Origin: an uncultured Cytophagia bacterium
GTDB taxonomy: Bacteria; Zhuqueibacterota; Zhuqueibacteria; Residuimicrobiales; Oceaniaggregativiventaceae
Direction of reading: 5' to 3'
Length of the DNA stretch: 43,074 bases
NCBI GenBank assembly: GCA_964608385.1
Contig: CAZSOP010000001.1
Coordinates: 1-43,074 of the forward strand
Part shown: positions 7,721 to 17,057 of the stretch, piece after piece
Layout of the letters: each line of letters starts with the position of its first letter
Numbering within the stretch: position 1 is the first letter of the stretch
Position numbers and translations under genes: made by a program
Notes under the pieces: generated by a model
Told to the model about the DNA's origin: nothing
Database searches by the model: none
The model's input: only the letters and a program-made list of their open reading frames with translations

Positions 7721-10700
7721 CTATTTGAGCAATAGCATTTTACGGCTCTGCTGCATATGGTTTGTCGTTAAATGGTAGATGTATAGTCCTGCTGAAACCG
7801 CTTTTTTATCGTCATCGACACCTTTCCAGCTGCTCAAGTATTGACCGGGTGGCTGCACCTGATCGACGAGTGTGCAGACATGGCGGCCGCGCATATTGTA
7901 GACCCGAATGATAACGTGGCCTCGTTCCGGGATAGAGTAGGGAATATGGGTGACCGGATTAAAGGGATTGGGATAGTTTTGGTATAGCTGAAAGCGGCTC
8001 GTAACGGTGTCGTTGCCGTTTTCCACCCGGGTCGGCCAGCCGATGCGTACGTCTGTCCGGGCGGTGATACCGCTTTCGATATCGATAACCATCACCTGGA
8101 ATAATCCCGTTTCATCACCGGCAATAAATTGTCCGGATTGATCGATGCTGCCGCCGGTGCACATCCAGCGCGGCTGAATATCGATCCTGCGGGAAAAGGG
8201 ATTATATCCCTGAGCCGAGAATCGCACCGTATCGCCCGGCGCAATGATGGCGGAATCCGGTGTAATCGATATCGCTGAAAGCGCCATACTACCGGCGATG
8301 ACGACAAAGCGGGCTTTGTCGCTGCTGCCGTCAACAGTCGAGGTTGCGTTGACCTCTATGTGCGCTATGCTGCCGGCAGGGGTTCCGTCCGGAACACTGA
8401 ACAGCAGCTGACTGCGGCCGCCCCATTCCTGCTCCAGCGAAACCGTTTTCTCTTCAGTGGTATAGAGCCAGGGTTTATCCGATGTGGCTCTGAATTTTAC
8501 CTTATCGTTGGCTGTGTTCCAGTTCTGAAAAAAGAGGGCAACCGGACTGAGCAGTCCCGTATAGAGCAGAGTGGTGTCGTTCTCGGGATACACAAAGAGG
8601 GATACTTTGCTGTTGCGCCAGTTTCCAAAGTCCACACCTGTGCTGACGTTGTCACCGTTTCCCGACCCCGAACCGGAGGGTCCGTTTGCGGCGCCCCACC
8701 AGTTGTTGCGGGCATTGACGGCGGGCACCGATCCCTTGTGATGCAATCCGTAACCGTTGTTGTCCATGATGTTGTTTTTATGGATGACGGGATCGCTGCT
8801 GCCGGCAACGACAATCCCATCCCCGGCGTCCCCGTAAATGGAATTTCCCACAACAGTCGCACCGGCATTGGTGAGCTGTATACCCGTATTGGGCTGCAGA
8901 TTGTTATGGATTTCGTTGCCGACGATAATGACCCGGCGTTGTTCTACATCATCGACTTTAATGCCCTCGCCGTTTGCAAAAATGTGGTTCATAAACACTT
9001 CCATCGGGCTTTTGACAATCTCCACGCCAAGCTGATTGTTGCGTATGGTATTACTTCTCATGTAACCGTCCGAGCCGTCCAGACATTTAATCCCTGCATC
9101 CTGATCTTTTATTAAATTTCCAGTGATAAAGGTATTTGCATCATAACTGTAAATGCCATCAGCACTACTGCTTTGAGAACCACTGCTGAACGACTCTCCT
9201 TTTCTGTTGGTACCGATATTGTTGCTGAGGATGTGATTGTTGCCTATATCGACTTTTGACAGATAAATTTGATGATGAAGGTTACAGGAGATCGTGTTAC
9301 CCATTATAACGATACCGGCGGAGTTGCGTATCCTGATTCCGGTCAGCATATAGCTGACCGGCAGGGTGCCGCTCGAGTCGGTGCCGATAAAATTATCAGT
9401 GATGTTGTTCCAGTTATTGCCATTATTCCGCACGAATATGCCATCAACCCTATTACCGGAAATGGTGTTTTTTTGAATTTTGTTTCCCTTGCACTCGCCG
9501 GTTAAAGATATTCCGGTTTCGTTAGAAAGTATTACCTTGCCGTTTTTATCCAGTCCGATAATGTTTTTTTCGATAATCGAATTGGACACCGTGCCGCCGT
9601 CGCCAGCGAGGGATCCGATTCTCAGTCCGTATCTGCTGTTTCCTGAGATCAGGTTGTGATGGACATGTGTATCCGTTGCTCCGTGAGTGATGACGATGCC
9701 GCTGTGATTTGGTGCCTCTTCCTGACCATTTGCATCACAGCCGATTTTGTTGTTACGGATTTCGGTTTCGGATGAGGAATCGGAGATCTTGATACCGATG
9801 TATTTATTTTTCAGAATCAGGTTATGTTCGATCAGGGTTTTTGCGCAGGCGTTGATCTCAACAGCCGCTAAATCATGGTTTCCGATTTTGTTGTGGCGGA
9901 TTTTATTTTCAGTACCGCCCCGAATATATATTCCGATTCGCTGCAGAGCCGAGCCGGGTGAATCGTTGTTGTCATAACCGATAGTACACTCTTCGATTAC
10001 ATTCAAGTTCGATGATTCGCCGCTGATATAGATACCATATCGCCGGTTTCCATAGATGATATTATTGCGAATGGTGTTTGAAGGGCTTTGTTCAATCCAG
10101 ACACCGGCAACCTGTTGATCTTCCGAGAGCACGTTGTTCTTGAATGTACACTGTTGTATATAATTCCATTCACCACCGCTGATTTTTACACCATGTCCAT
10201 TCCAGTTGGTAAATATTAAATTTTGCAGGAAACAGTATCCCGATCGAATGTCGAGTCCGTCTGTGTTGCCGGCGTTTCTCCCGTTCAGGATCACGGTTTC
10301 CTCCTCCGGTATTTCAAAGCGGATCGGATATTCGATTGCCGGCAGAGGACGGGTCGGTTTGATTTCAGCATTGCTCTGGCCGGGGATACGGACATAGACC
10401 CGGGTGACATTATCATCCTGCATCGCATTGACATTTTCGATGGCAGCTCGAAAGGTGCATTGATTTCCGGGCTTGACGGCATCGGTATCGCAGATGCCGT
10501 CGAGCAGATCATAGTCCGAGGCATCGCCGGGATCATTGACAATAATGCCTTTTGCTTCAATCGGCACGCTGAGGAATGGAACCTCACCATCATTGACGAT
10601 GGTGAGTGCTCCGGTTCCCATTGATGCCTGGGTGCTATTGCTTTTGGCCAATCCGCCCGGTGCATAGACCACCTGAAAATCGATCAACTCTTCCTCCCGA

Positions 10701-12991
10701 AGCGTTAGCGGCAGATTGGGTTGGTTTTCAAGCGAGAATTGGCTAGCCGGTTCGATGTCGATATTGGTTATTTCAATCTCCTCCTCGCTGGGATTGGTGA
10801 CCTGAACCGTTTTTTTTGCAATGTCGCCCGGAAGGGTAAGGGGAAAGACGATCGGATCGGGACTGACCTGAAGAACAGGCTTTATCTCCATTGCCAGTTT
10901 TACCACAAAAGCATCTCTCCGCACAGCGCTCGAGGGGTCCTCTCCGTATTCGGCCTGGAAGGCATTTTTTACCGGGAAATCACGGGATTTTGTGTTACCG
11001 GTGATATAGAGATTATGCGCTTTGTCCACGGCAATATCCGTACAACCGTCATCATCGCTGCCGCCGAAGGTAAAGGTGAAGAGGGAATCCGTTCCCTGGG
11101 CGTTGAGGGCGAACACATGGGCATCGTTGTTCAGATAGGAGGCGATGTAGACCTGGCCGCTATCATCGACTGCGATTTTCCACCCCCGTGCCGGTACGGG
11201 TATGGAATAGATAAACCCGCTTCCGTTTGGCGGCAGCTTGCAGAGAAAGCGGCCGGTCGGTTGTGCAAACGGTTCGGAGGTTACGGGAATGCCCTCACTC
11301 CCCGACAGGTATAAATAGGCGTTTCCGGCATTGTCCGTATCCATATCGATTCCCTGATCGCCTGTATTTCCTCCCAGATAGGTTGAATAGACAGCGGATT
11401 TTCCGTCTGCGGAGAGTTTGGTGATAAACGCATCTGTAGTTCCCTTTTTGTTGTTCTGTATAGGATTTGGCGTTGTGGGAAAATCGGTAGAGTGGGCATA
11501 GCCGGTTATATGCGCGTGTCCCTGGTTGTCTACTGCGATGCTGTTGCCGTAATCGTCGAGGTTGCCTCCGATATAGGTGCTATAGATGAGGGAATTTTCT
11601 CCCGATTGGCTCGGATCCAGCTTGGCGGCAAAGGCGTCAAAGTGATAGCTGGAATTTTCGGGCATCCAGGCATTTTTGCTCGGAAAGCCGGAAGAAAAGG
11701 TGGTTCCGGTGACGTAAACACAGTCTGAGGGGTCGACATCGATATCGCTTGCCTGGTCATCATTTTTTCCGCCGAGAAAAGTGGAATACACCAGTGAAGA
11801 GCCATCAGCACTGAGAACGGTGACAAAGGCTTCCCACATGCCTCGCGTACCGCCGCCGAATTCGGCTTGATAAGCGTTATGAACCGGCAAACCCTCATAG
11901 TCGGGGGTATCCGGCCGGTCATAGGAGGTGGTGCGCCCGGCTATACAGGCATTGCCGTTGCTGTCCACCACAATGGCTTCCGGATTGTCTTCTCCGTTGC
12001 CGCCGATATAGGTGGAGTAGATTATATCTGATCCATCGGCATTGAATTTGGTGATAAAGGCGTCGATTGAATACTGCGAGCTACCCTCTTTTTTACGGGT
12101 TTGATAAGCATCTGCAACCGGAAAGTCCAAAGAGCTGGTTGACCCGGTTACATAGGCGCATCCTTCGGAATCGATAGCGATACCGGATGCCGTATCGTAA
12201 CTGTCGCCACCGAGATAGGTGGCGTAGGTAATTTTGGGATCGATGATTAGTTTTTCTGCCGCATTGTAGGCATCCAGATCAAAACGAACCTGATTGTCGA
12301 GCAGGGCAAATTGTGCCCCGATTATATTTTTCCTGCCATCTATTTCCTGCCAGGCAAGGGGTTTTTGATAAATCAGTTTGTGATCATTTGATATCAGCAC
12401 CAGATTGCCGGCTTTATCCTTTTCGCATTGCTGCATGCCGGAAAAGAGCAATCCAATATCATGCGGGTCTGCGCCGGGATGAATGACAAAATCGAATTCG
12501 ATTTTGTTCTGATTAAAGTAATAGACCAGGTCGATGTTGGGATAGACGTTTTTATATTCCACACCGGTGTAATGCGGAACGTTTGATATCCATCGATCGG
12601 GATTATTGCCGATAAAATAGTTCGATTTGGAGAGGGCCAATCCCCTGCCTTCGGCCCTGGTATGGCGATTTGATTCAATCAGTTCCATTTGAAGCGCTAT
12701 TTGCGGGCCGGCTTTATCCTTATTATGAAAATCGATCAGCGATCCTGTTGACGACAGAAAAAAGTTGTATTGTCTGTCTCTGTAATAAAAATCCGCTATG
12801 CAGTCTGTTTGACCCAGATTTTTTTCAAAATAGAGCGGCTGTTTAAACGGGGAGCATCTCGTTGCCGATGTTTCATCATTCCCGGCTCCAGGAATAAACC
12901 ATATGGAAAAGGAAAGAACAAACAGAGCGAAAATCAGCAGGTAAAAAATTGTTTTGGTGGGATATTGCAATATAGACAAGTGCTTTTTCAT
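7721..12991 (-). CDS. Giant secreted surface protein. Domain order: N-terminal SBBP-associated domain, about 7 SBBP beta-propeller repeats, an Ig-like (choice-of-anchor-D-like) domain, a long right-handed parallel beta-helix (PbH1/NosD-like) region, a Big_2-like domain and a T9SS-type C-terminal sorting domain.
   Basis: 1756 aa. N-terminal signal/anchor: IFYLLIFALFVLSFSIWF. Then PLYFEKNLGQTD... Repeated YSTYLGG..D.G..IAVD..G..YVTG.T.S.DFP units are SBBP repeats. Many N..I.GN...GI repeats (NNIIYGNRRYGIYISG, HNLISGNSRYGLRIG, NTISGNRVDGIFV) are PbH1. ISITPDSAIIAPGDTVRFSAQGYN is Big_2-like. The C-terminus FQLYQNYPNPFNPVTHIPYSIP...VYNMRGRHVCTLVD...SAGLYIYHL...RKMLLLK is a typical T9SS/FlgD-Ig-like CTD. 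Confidence 0.9.
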   Translation of the reverse strand: MKKHLSILQYPTKTIFYLLIFALFVLSFSIWFIPGAGNDETSATRCSPFKQPLYFEKNLGQTDCIADFYYRDRQYNFFLSSTGSLIDFHNKDKAGPQIALQMELIESNRHTRAEGRGLALSKSNYFIGNNPDRWISNVPHYTGVEYKNVYPNIDLVYYFNQNKIEFDFVIHPGADPHDIGLLFSGMQQCEKDKAGNLVLISNDHKLIYQKPLAWQEIDGRKNIIGAQFALLDNQVRFDLDAYNAAEKLIIDPKITYATYLGGDSYDTASGIAIDSEGCAYVTGSTSSLDFPVADAYQTRKKEGSSQYSIDAFITKFNADGSDIIYSTYIGGNGEDNPEAIVVDSNGNACIAGRTTSYDRPDTPDYEGLPVHNAYQAEFGGGTRGMWEAFVTVLSADGSSLVYSTFLGGKNDDQASDIDVDPSDCVYVTGTTFSSGFPSKNAWMPENSSYHFDAFAAKLDPSQSGENSLIYSTYIGGNLDDYGNSIAVDNQGHAHITGYAHSTDFPTTPNPIQNNKKGTTDAFITKLSADGKSAVYSTYLGGNTGDQGIDMDTDNAGNAYLYLSGSEGIPVTSEPFAQPTGRFLCKLPPNGSGFIYSIPVPARGWKIAVDDSGQVYIASYLNNDAHVFALNAQGTDSLFTFTFGGSDDDGCTDIAVDKAHNLYITGNTKSRDFPVKNAFQAEYGEDPSSAVRRDAFVVKLAMEIKPVLQVSPDPIVFPLTLPGDIAKKTVQVTNPSEEEIEITNIDIEPASQFSLENQPNLPLTLREEELIDFQVVYAPGGLAKSNSTQASMGTGALTIVNDGEVPFLSVPIEAKGIIVNDPGDASDYDLLDGICDTDAVKPGNQCTFRAAIENVNAMQDDNVTRVYVRIPGQSNAEIKPTRPLPAIEYPIRFEIPEEETVILNGRNAGNTDGLDIRSGYCFLQNLIFTNWNGHGVKISGGEWNYIQQCTFKNNVLSEDQQVAGVWIEQSPSNTIRNNIIYGNRRYGIYISGESSNLNVIEECTIGYDNNDSPGSALQRIGIYIRGGTENKIRHNKIGNHDLAAVEINACAKTLIEHNLILKNKYIGIKISDSSSETEIRNNKIGCDANGQEEAPNHSGIVITHGATDTHVHHNLISGNSRYGLRIGSLAGDGGTVSNSIIEKNIIGLDKNGKVILSNETGISLTGECKGNKIQKNTISGNRVDGIFVRNNGNNWNNITDNFIGTDSSGTLPVSYMLTGIRIRNSAGIVIMGNTISCNLHHQIYLSKVDIGNNHILSNNIGTNRKGESFSSGSQSSSADGIYSYDANTFITGNLIKDQDAGIKCLDGSDGYMRSNTIRNNQLGVEIVKSPMEVFMNHIFANGEGIKVDDVEQRRVIIVGNEIHNNLQPNTGIQLTNAGATVVGNSIYGDAGDGIVVAGSSDPVIHKNNIMDNNGYGLHHKGSVPAVNARNNWWGAANGPSGSGSGNGDNVSTGVDFGNWRNSKVSLFVYPENDTTLLYTGLLSPVALFFQNWNTANDKVKFRATSDKPWLYTTEEKTVSLEQEWGGRSQLLFSVPDGTPAGSIAHIEVNATSTVDGSSDKARFVVIAGSMALSAISITPDSAIIAPGDTVRFSAQGYNPFSRRIDIQPRWMCTGGSIDQSGQFIAGDETGLFQVMVIDIESGITARTDVRIGWPTRVENGNDTVTSRFQLYQNYPNPFNPVTHIPYSIPERGHVIIRVYNMRGRHVCTLVDQVQPPGQYLSSWKGVDDDKKAVSAGLYIYHLTTNHMQQSRKMLLLK

Positions 12992-13312
12992 AGTCGGTTT
13001 CTCATGTTTGCAGTGATTTCATCCGGAAATCAATATCCTTGTTTCCTGTCCGAAGAACAGAGGCGTGTATAAAAAATGTCGGGTGTTGATCCAGCCTGGA
13101 AGCGGAGAGGATATTTTGGGTATTATTTGTCAATATACTGTACAGGGAAAGGAAAATCAAGATTAAATCAAAAAATATGCTTTGTTAGAGGGATTTTGCC
13201 GTTAGCGGTTATGGGTCTCGCAACCCCAATTCTGCTGAACTGACCTTTCTTAAAAAATTTTTCTGCTTTTTTCACTTTTCTCTGTAGTATTAAAGAAAAA
13301 CCAGGAGGAAAT

Positions 13313-13903
13313 GTGAAAAAAACAACTCTTTTTACGTTGTTTCTCTTTTTTACACTAATATGCCAATCGCTCTGGGCACAACATCGCGGTGCTGTTGAGG
13401 TCGGCGGGGCGTTTTCATTTCGAAATAAATCCCTTTCCAATCAAAAAATCAACAATCTGGCCAATCTTACCGGCTTGATGGGGTATTATATCAACCAGGA
13501 TTTTTTACTGGAATTTGAGCCCAAGATTGAAATGACCTTTAACAGCGATTCCACCGGTATTTCGACTATTTTTTTGCTCGGACCGGCATTCAAAGTCATT
13601 GATATGGCACCAAAAAATTACCGCAAACCGCGATATCGAAAGTATGATCTCGGGGTGGTGGCCGCTGTTTTTACCACTTTTAGCGCCGGTGTGTGGCTAA
13701 ACGGAAAATCCGACGGAGCGAATGAAAGCGAATCCGTTCTCGGGGCCGCCTTTGCCGCCGCCATTGCGACGCATTCCAGCTTTGGCAAGCGCACGATTTT
13801 GCGCGTTAAAGCGCAATACGTACATCTTATGCCCAGCGGAAATATTTCAGAAGCACAGAATATTTTTGAAATTGGAGTGGGATTTAGCGTTTTTGTGCGA
13901 TAA
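13313..13903 (+). CDS. Small outer-membrane beta-barrel protein (OmpW/OmpX-size, OMP_b-brl-like)
   Basis: GTG start 7 nt after AGGAGG. Signal peptide MKKTTLFTLFLFFTLICQSLWAQ. Alternating hydrophobic strands are present (GVGFSVFVR at the C-terminus, LRVKAQYVHL, GAAFAAAIATH). 196 aa. Confidence 0.65.
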   Translation: MKKTTLFTLFLFFTLICQSLWAQHRGAVEVGGAFSFRNKSLSNQKINNLANLTGLMGYYINQDFLLEFEPKIEMTFNSDSTGISTIFLLGPAFKVIDMAPKNYRKPRYRKYDLGVVAAVFTTFSAGVWLNGKSDGANESESVLGAAFAAAIATHSSFGKRTILRVKAQYVHLMPSGNISEAQNIFEIGVGFSVFVR

Positions 13904-14019
13904 TGGAAAAAAGCTTACTTTTTCTTGATTCTGAGCAATCTATTTTTTAAATTTGAGCAAGCCGTAAACGTATAGCACTGTAGTGATATGGCGATCTCAC
14001 TTTAGCTGGGAAGAGGACC

Positions 14020-14895
14020 ATGAAAGTAATCAGGATTTTTTTGTTGTGTATAGCAATGGCATCGCCGGGATCCGCTCAATTTTCCTATCGTTCTACGAAA
14101 AAACAGGAATCAAAACCAGTTTATTCAAAGGTAGAGCTCTATTTGAGCCAGCCATACGAGCTCATAGATATCCCCACTGCCAGTCTTGTCAATAGCGGTG
14201 ATTTTGTTGCCGGGCTGCGGTTCTATGAGAATGGCAGTCTGCTCGGCCGCCTGTCGGTCGGTTTGTCGAAAAAAATGATGTTCGGCGTTTCCTTTAGCGG
14301 TGAGCGCATTATCGGTGGCGATGCTGTTGATTGGAATGATATCCCCGGCGTCCAGATCGCTTATCGCATCGTTGATGAGAGCCTCATGTTTCCTGCCCTT
14401 ACTCTTGGACTGGATACCCAAGGTTACGGTAAATACTGGCAGCAGAGCGATTATCGTGATCTTGGGATCATAGGTGAAAGCGAAACGGTCGATCCGAATC
14501 AATACATGGTGGACCGATACGCGATTAAACCGCGTGGCTTTTATCTGGTGGGTTCGAAGGGGTACCAGTCTTTCCGCAATGTCGACCTCCATGCCGGCGT
14601 CAGCTACAGTACGGATACCAATGATCCGGACAAGGACCCGACTATATTTATGGGCATTGATATCGAATTGTCCCGGGAAGTGGCTCTGATTTATGAGTAT
14701 GATTTTGGCCTCAATGATGATACCATTGATTATGCCAATAACGGCAATGGCTATATGAATATAGGCGTCAGGCTTGCTTTTCCGCAGAGCATTACGGTTG
14801 AATTTGATTTGAAAAATTTGCTGGCCAAGGAGGGTCAATTTTCAGGGTTGAGGCGCATCCTCAAGCTTTATTATCACGGTTACATCATTAAATAA
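14020..14895 (+). CDS. Hypothetical secreted or outer-membrane protein
   Basis: 291 aa with signal peptide MKVIRIFLLCIAMASPGSAQ. The body is rich in beta-strand-like patterns (GVQIAYRIV, ALTLGLDTQGYG, LHAGVSYS, FMGIDIELS, IGVRLAFP). It loosely resembles YjbH-like OM proteins (IPTASLVNSGDFVAGLRFY), but I cannot confirm that. Confidence 0.6.
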   Translation: MKVIRIFLLCIAMASPGSAQFSYRSTKKQESKPVYSKVELYLSQPYELIDIPTASLVNSGDFVAGLRFYENGSLLGRLSVGLSKKMMFGVSFSGERIIGGDAVDWNDIPGVQIAYRIVDESLMFPALTLGLDTQGYGKYWQQSDYRDLGIIGESETVDPNQYMVDRYAIKPRGFYLVGSKGYQSFRNVDLHAGVSYSTDTNDPDKDPTIFMGIDIELSREVALIYEYDFGLNDDTIDYANNGNGYMNIGVRLAFPQSITVEFDLKNLLAKEGQFSGLRRILKLYYHGYIIK

Positions 14896-14960
14896 ATATT
14901 CCGCCTTTGGGCATATGGCAGTAGCGTCGCTTTTTTATGCAGTTCTCCTCACTTTGTGTT

Positions 14961-16289
14961 TCATTTCGCTGAACCTTTGTATTTTCGGCTTTTCAAATAT
15001 TGTCTCAATTTCACCAGGGGAATACCATATCTGCACATGAGTAGAGACAAAAGCGGATATCTGATCAACTTGTGGCGGCCCAGACTCATCAGGGCGGTTT
15101 CAACTCGTTCACCGAATTTATCTTTTCCTGAGGCCGGCGGGGGGGTTCGGTCATAAACAGGAGCGGCTTTGTTTTTTTGATTGAGCCTCGCTACCCTGAG
15201 TGGTGTTTTTAATCCTTTCCTGCTGGTATGGTGCTGATGGGTTTTATAGTGTTGGTTGCCGGATATATCCTGCGCCCGGATCGCACCTTTAGAAATGGCC
15301 TGCTGTAAAATCTCCAGGCCGGTGCGGGTACGCGCCAGAACGCGGGAGTTGGCTCTGAAGAGATAATTCCCGGATTGGTCCCGGGTCCAGGCGTCGCTCA
15401 CCGAGAGATCGGAAAATTGTGAGGAGCCGTCTATGCAGGTTTGGCAGCGCCGCGGGCTGTATAAAAACATCAGATAGTTAAACGCCCCGTCTTTATAGTT
15501 TGAATAATGCAGATCATGGATTTTTTTGTCCGTGACGGCTCTGAATTTTCCCGGCCACTCACCGCCGCGGAACTGAAAGGCTTTTACCTCTTGCGGTCGG
15601 ATCTGATGTGCCTTTAACAGTTCTGTGAGCATATGGGGCTCGAGCGCCATGCCACAAAACAGTCCGATGACAATACGGATTTTTTTCTTTATTTCTTCAT
15701 TTTTTTCACTCAACAAGCGATAGCCGTGTATATGGCAGGGCAGGCCGATATAAGCATAGATTCCCGACAGGGTTTTGAGCTGTTGAAAAATCGAGTTGAC
15801 CGGAAGCGGTTGATATTTGGATTGCTGGCTGCTTAAAAGGTCGTTGCGGTTGCGGGCGATATAGACTCTGCCGTACAGGGGGTCATTTTCATCCATACGG
15901 GTGACGATACAGCCGTCTACCAGCTTTTCCTGCAACAGAAAGAGGGCGAGTGCGGTGATTATGCCGCCGCCGGCACCTCGCCGGCGGATTCCTTCATCGC
16001 CGGCATAGCCGACAATGGTTTTAGCAACATGTCCGTCGAACGTGTCGAGATCGTCGTTGTGACCGAAGGTTATTCGAGTTAAATCACGGAAGTTTATACG
16101 GCCTCCCGGACAGGTCTTCATGCAAAGCCCGCAATCGATGCACTTTTCCGTATTGATAACAGGAAAGTAATTTTTACCCACAGAGAGCGCATCGGTCGGA
16201 CAAATCCCGATACAGGTGCCACAGCGGGTGCAAAGGTCCCGATTGGTAAAGGCGATGCCAAGTCTGTTTTTATCTATACTTTTTACCAT
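14961..16289 (-). CDS. FrhB/FdhB-family (coenzyme F420 hydrogenase/dehydrogenase beta-subunit-like) Fe-S flavoprotein with an N-terminal 2x[4Fe-4S] ferredoxin domain
   Basis: 442 aa. Ferredoxin motifs are CTRCGTCIGICPTDAL and CIDCGLCMKTCPG. FrhB-N-like stretch: GYAGDEGIRRRGAGGGIITALALFLLQEKLVDGCIV. FrhB-C-like stretch: IGLPCHIHGYR, VIGLFCG, DAWT. Confidence 0.8.
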   Translation of the reverse strand: MVKSIDKNRLGIAFTNRDLCTRCGTCIGICPTDALSVGKNYFPVINTEKCIDCGLCMKTCPGGRINFRDLTRITFGHNDDLDTFDGHVAKTIVGYAGDEGIRRRGAGGGIITALALFLLQEKLVDGCIVTRMDENDPLYGRVYIARNRNDLLSSQQSKYQPLPVNSIFQQLKTLSGIYAYIGLPCHIHGYRLLSEKNEEIKKKIRIVIGLFCGMALEPHMLTELLKAHQIRPQEVKAFQFRGGEWPGKFRAVTDKKIHDLHYSNYKDGAFNYLMFLYSPRRCQTCIDGSSQFSDLSVSDAWTRDQSGNYLFRANSRVLARTRTGLEILQQAISKGAIRAQDISGNQHYKTHQHHTSRKGLKTPLRVARLNQKNKAAPVYDRTPPPASGKDKFGERVETALMSLGRHKLIRYPLLSLLMCRYGIPLVKLRQYLKSRKYKGSAK

Positions 16290-16375
16290 TTTTCTCTTTT
16301 AAAAGGATTAGTGGTTATGGTTATCCGCATGAGCGGCAGATGACTCTGTTTTCGAGTCAATGATTGATGACAACG

Positions 16376-17008
16376 CTACATGGCAACGGGCAGGCCGCAG
16401 AGCGAGATCATCAGTAACAGCGGAATCATCAAAAGCACACCGGAAAGGATAACCGTGCCCACACCTCTCCACAGCGTAAAGCCATGCGCTTCGGAAATGG
16501 TATTATAGAGAATAACCAGTACCCACAGTCCGATCACGAGGTCCACAAAGCCGATAAAATCGTAGATTTGTCTCAATACCGGCTGAGAATCGATGAATGG
16601 GGTTTCAAGGGTGAACACTTCATCCCTGAACAGGAGCCATTTTACGATCCAGAGAGGCAGAGTGGAGACAACGGGCACCCACGACCAGACAATAGCACGG
16701 CGCATGTCCTGCAGCGATCCGTGGCCGGATAATTTTTCGCCGACCCATTTTAAAATCCAGCCGCCGATGAGTACGGAGAGATAACCGCTCAGGGGGCCGA
16801 GAATGAGACAAATGGTGATGATTTGAGCGGTGGACAAGAGTTTTCCCATTCCCTGAGCGGATGCATTGCTCAGAGCCTGGCCGATGCCGCCGAAGATGAT
16901 CAAAACATGATAATGGTATGAAAGCGGAGAATTGAGAACCATTCTCATGGCCTGTCGGGGCTTGAACCACATCAGGGTCCAGATGTTTTCCGGATGTTTA
17001 CGTGTCAT
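16376..17008 (-). CDS. Yip1-family integral membrane protein
   Basis: 210 aa with 5 predicted TM helices. The N-terminus IWTLMWFKPRQAMRMVLNS and overall topology resemble bacterial YIP1-domain proteins. This is recognition by pattern only. Confidence 0.55.
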   Translation of the reverse strand: MTRKHPENIWTLMWFKPRQAMRMVLNSPLSYHYHVLIIFGGIGQALSNASAQGMGKLLSTAQIITICLILGPLSGYLSVLIGGWILKWVGEKLSGHGSLQDMRRAIVWSWVPVVSTLPLWIVKWLLFRDEVFTLETPFIDSQPVLRQIYDFIGFVDLVIGLWVLVILYNTISEAHGFTLWRGVGTVILSGVLLMIPLLLMISLCGLPVAM

Positions 17009-17057
17009 AAATATCAGTTAAATTGAATCATGAAGAGCAGCAGAATCACCCATCCTG

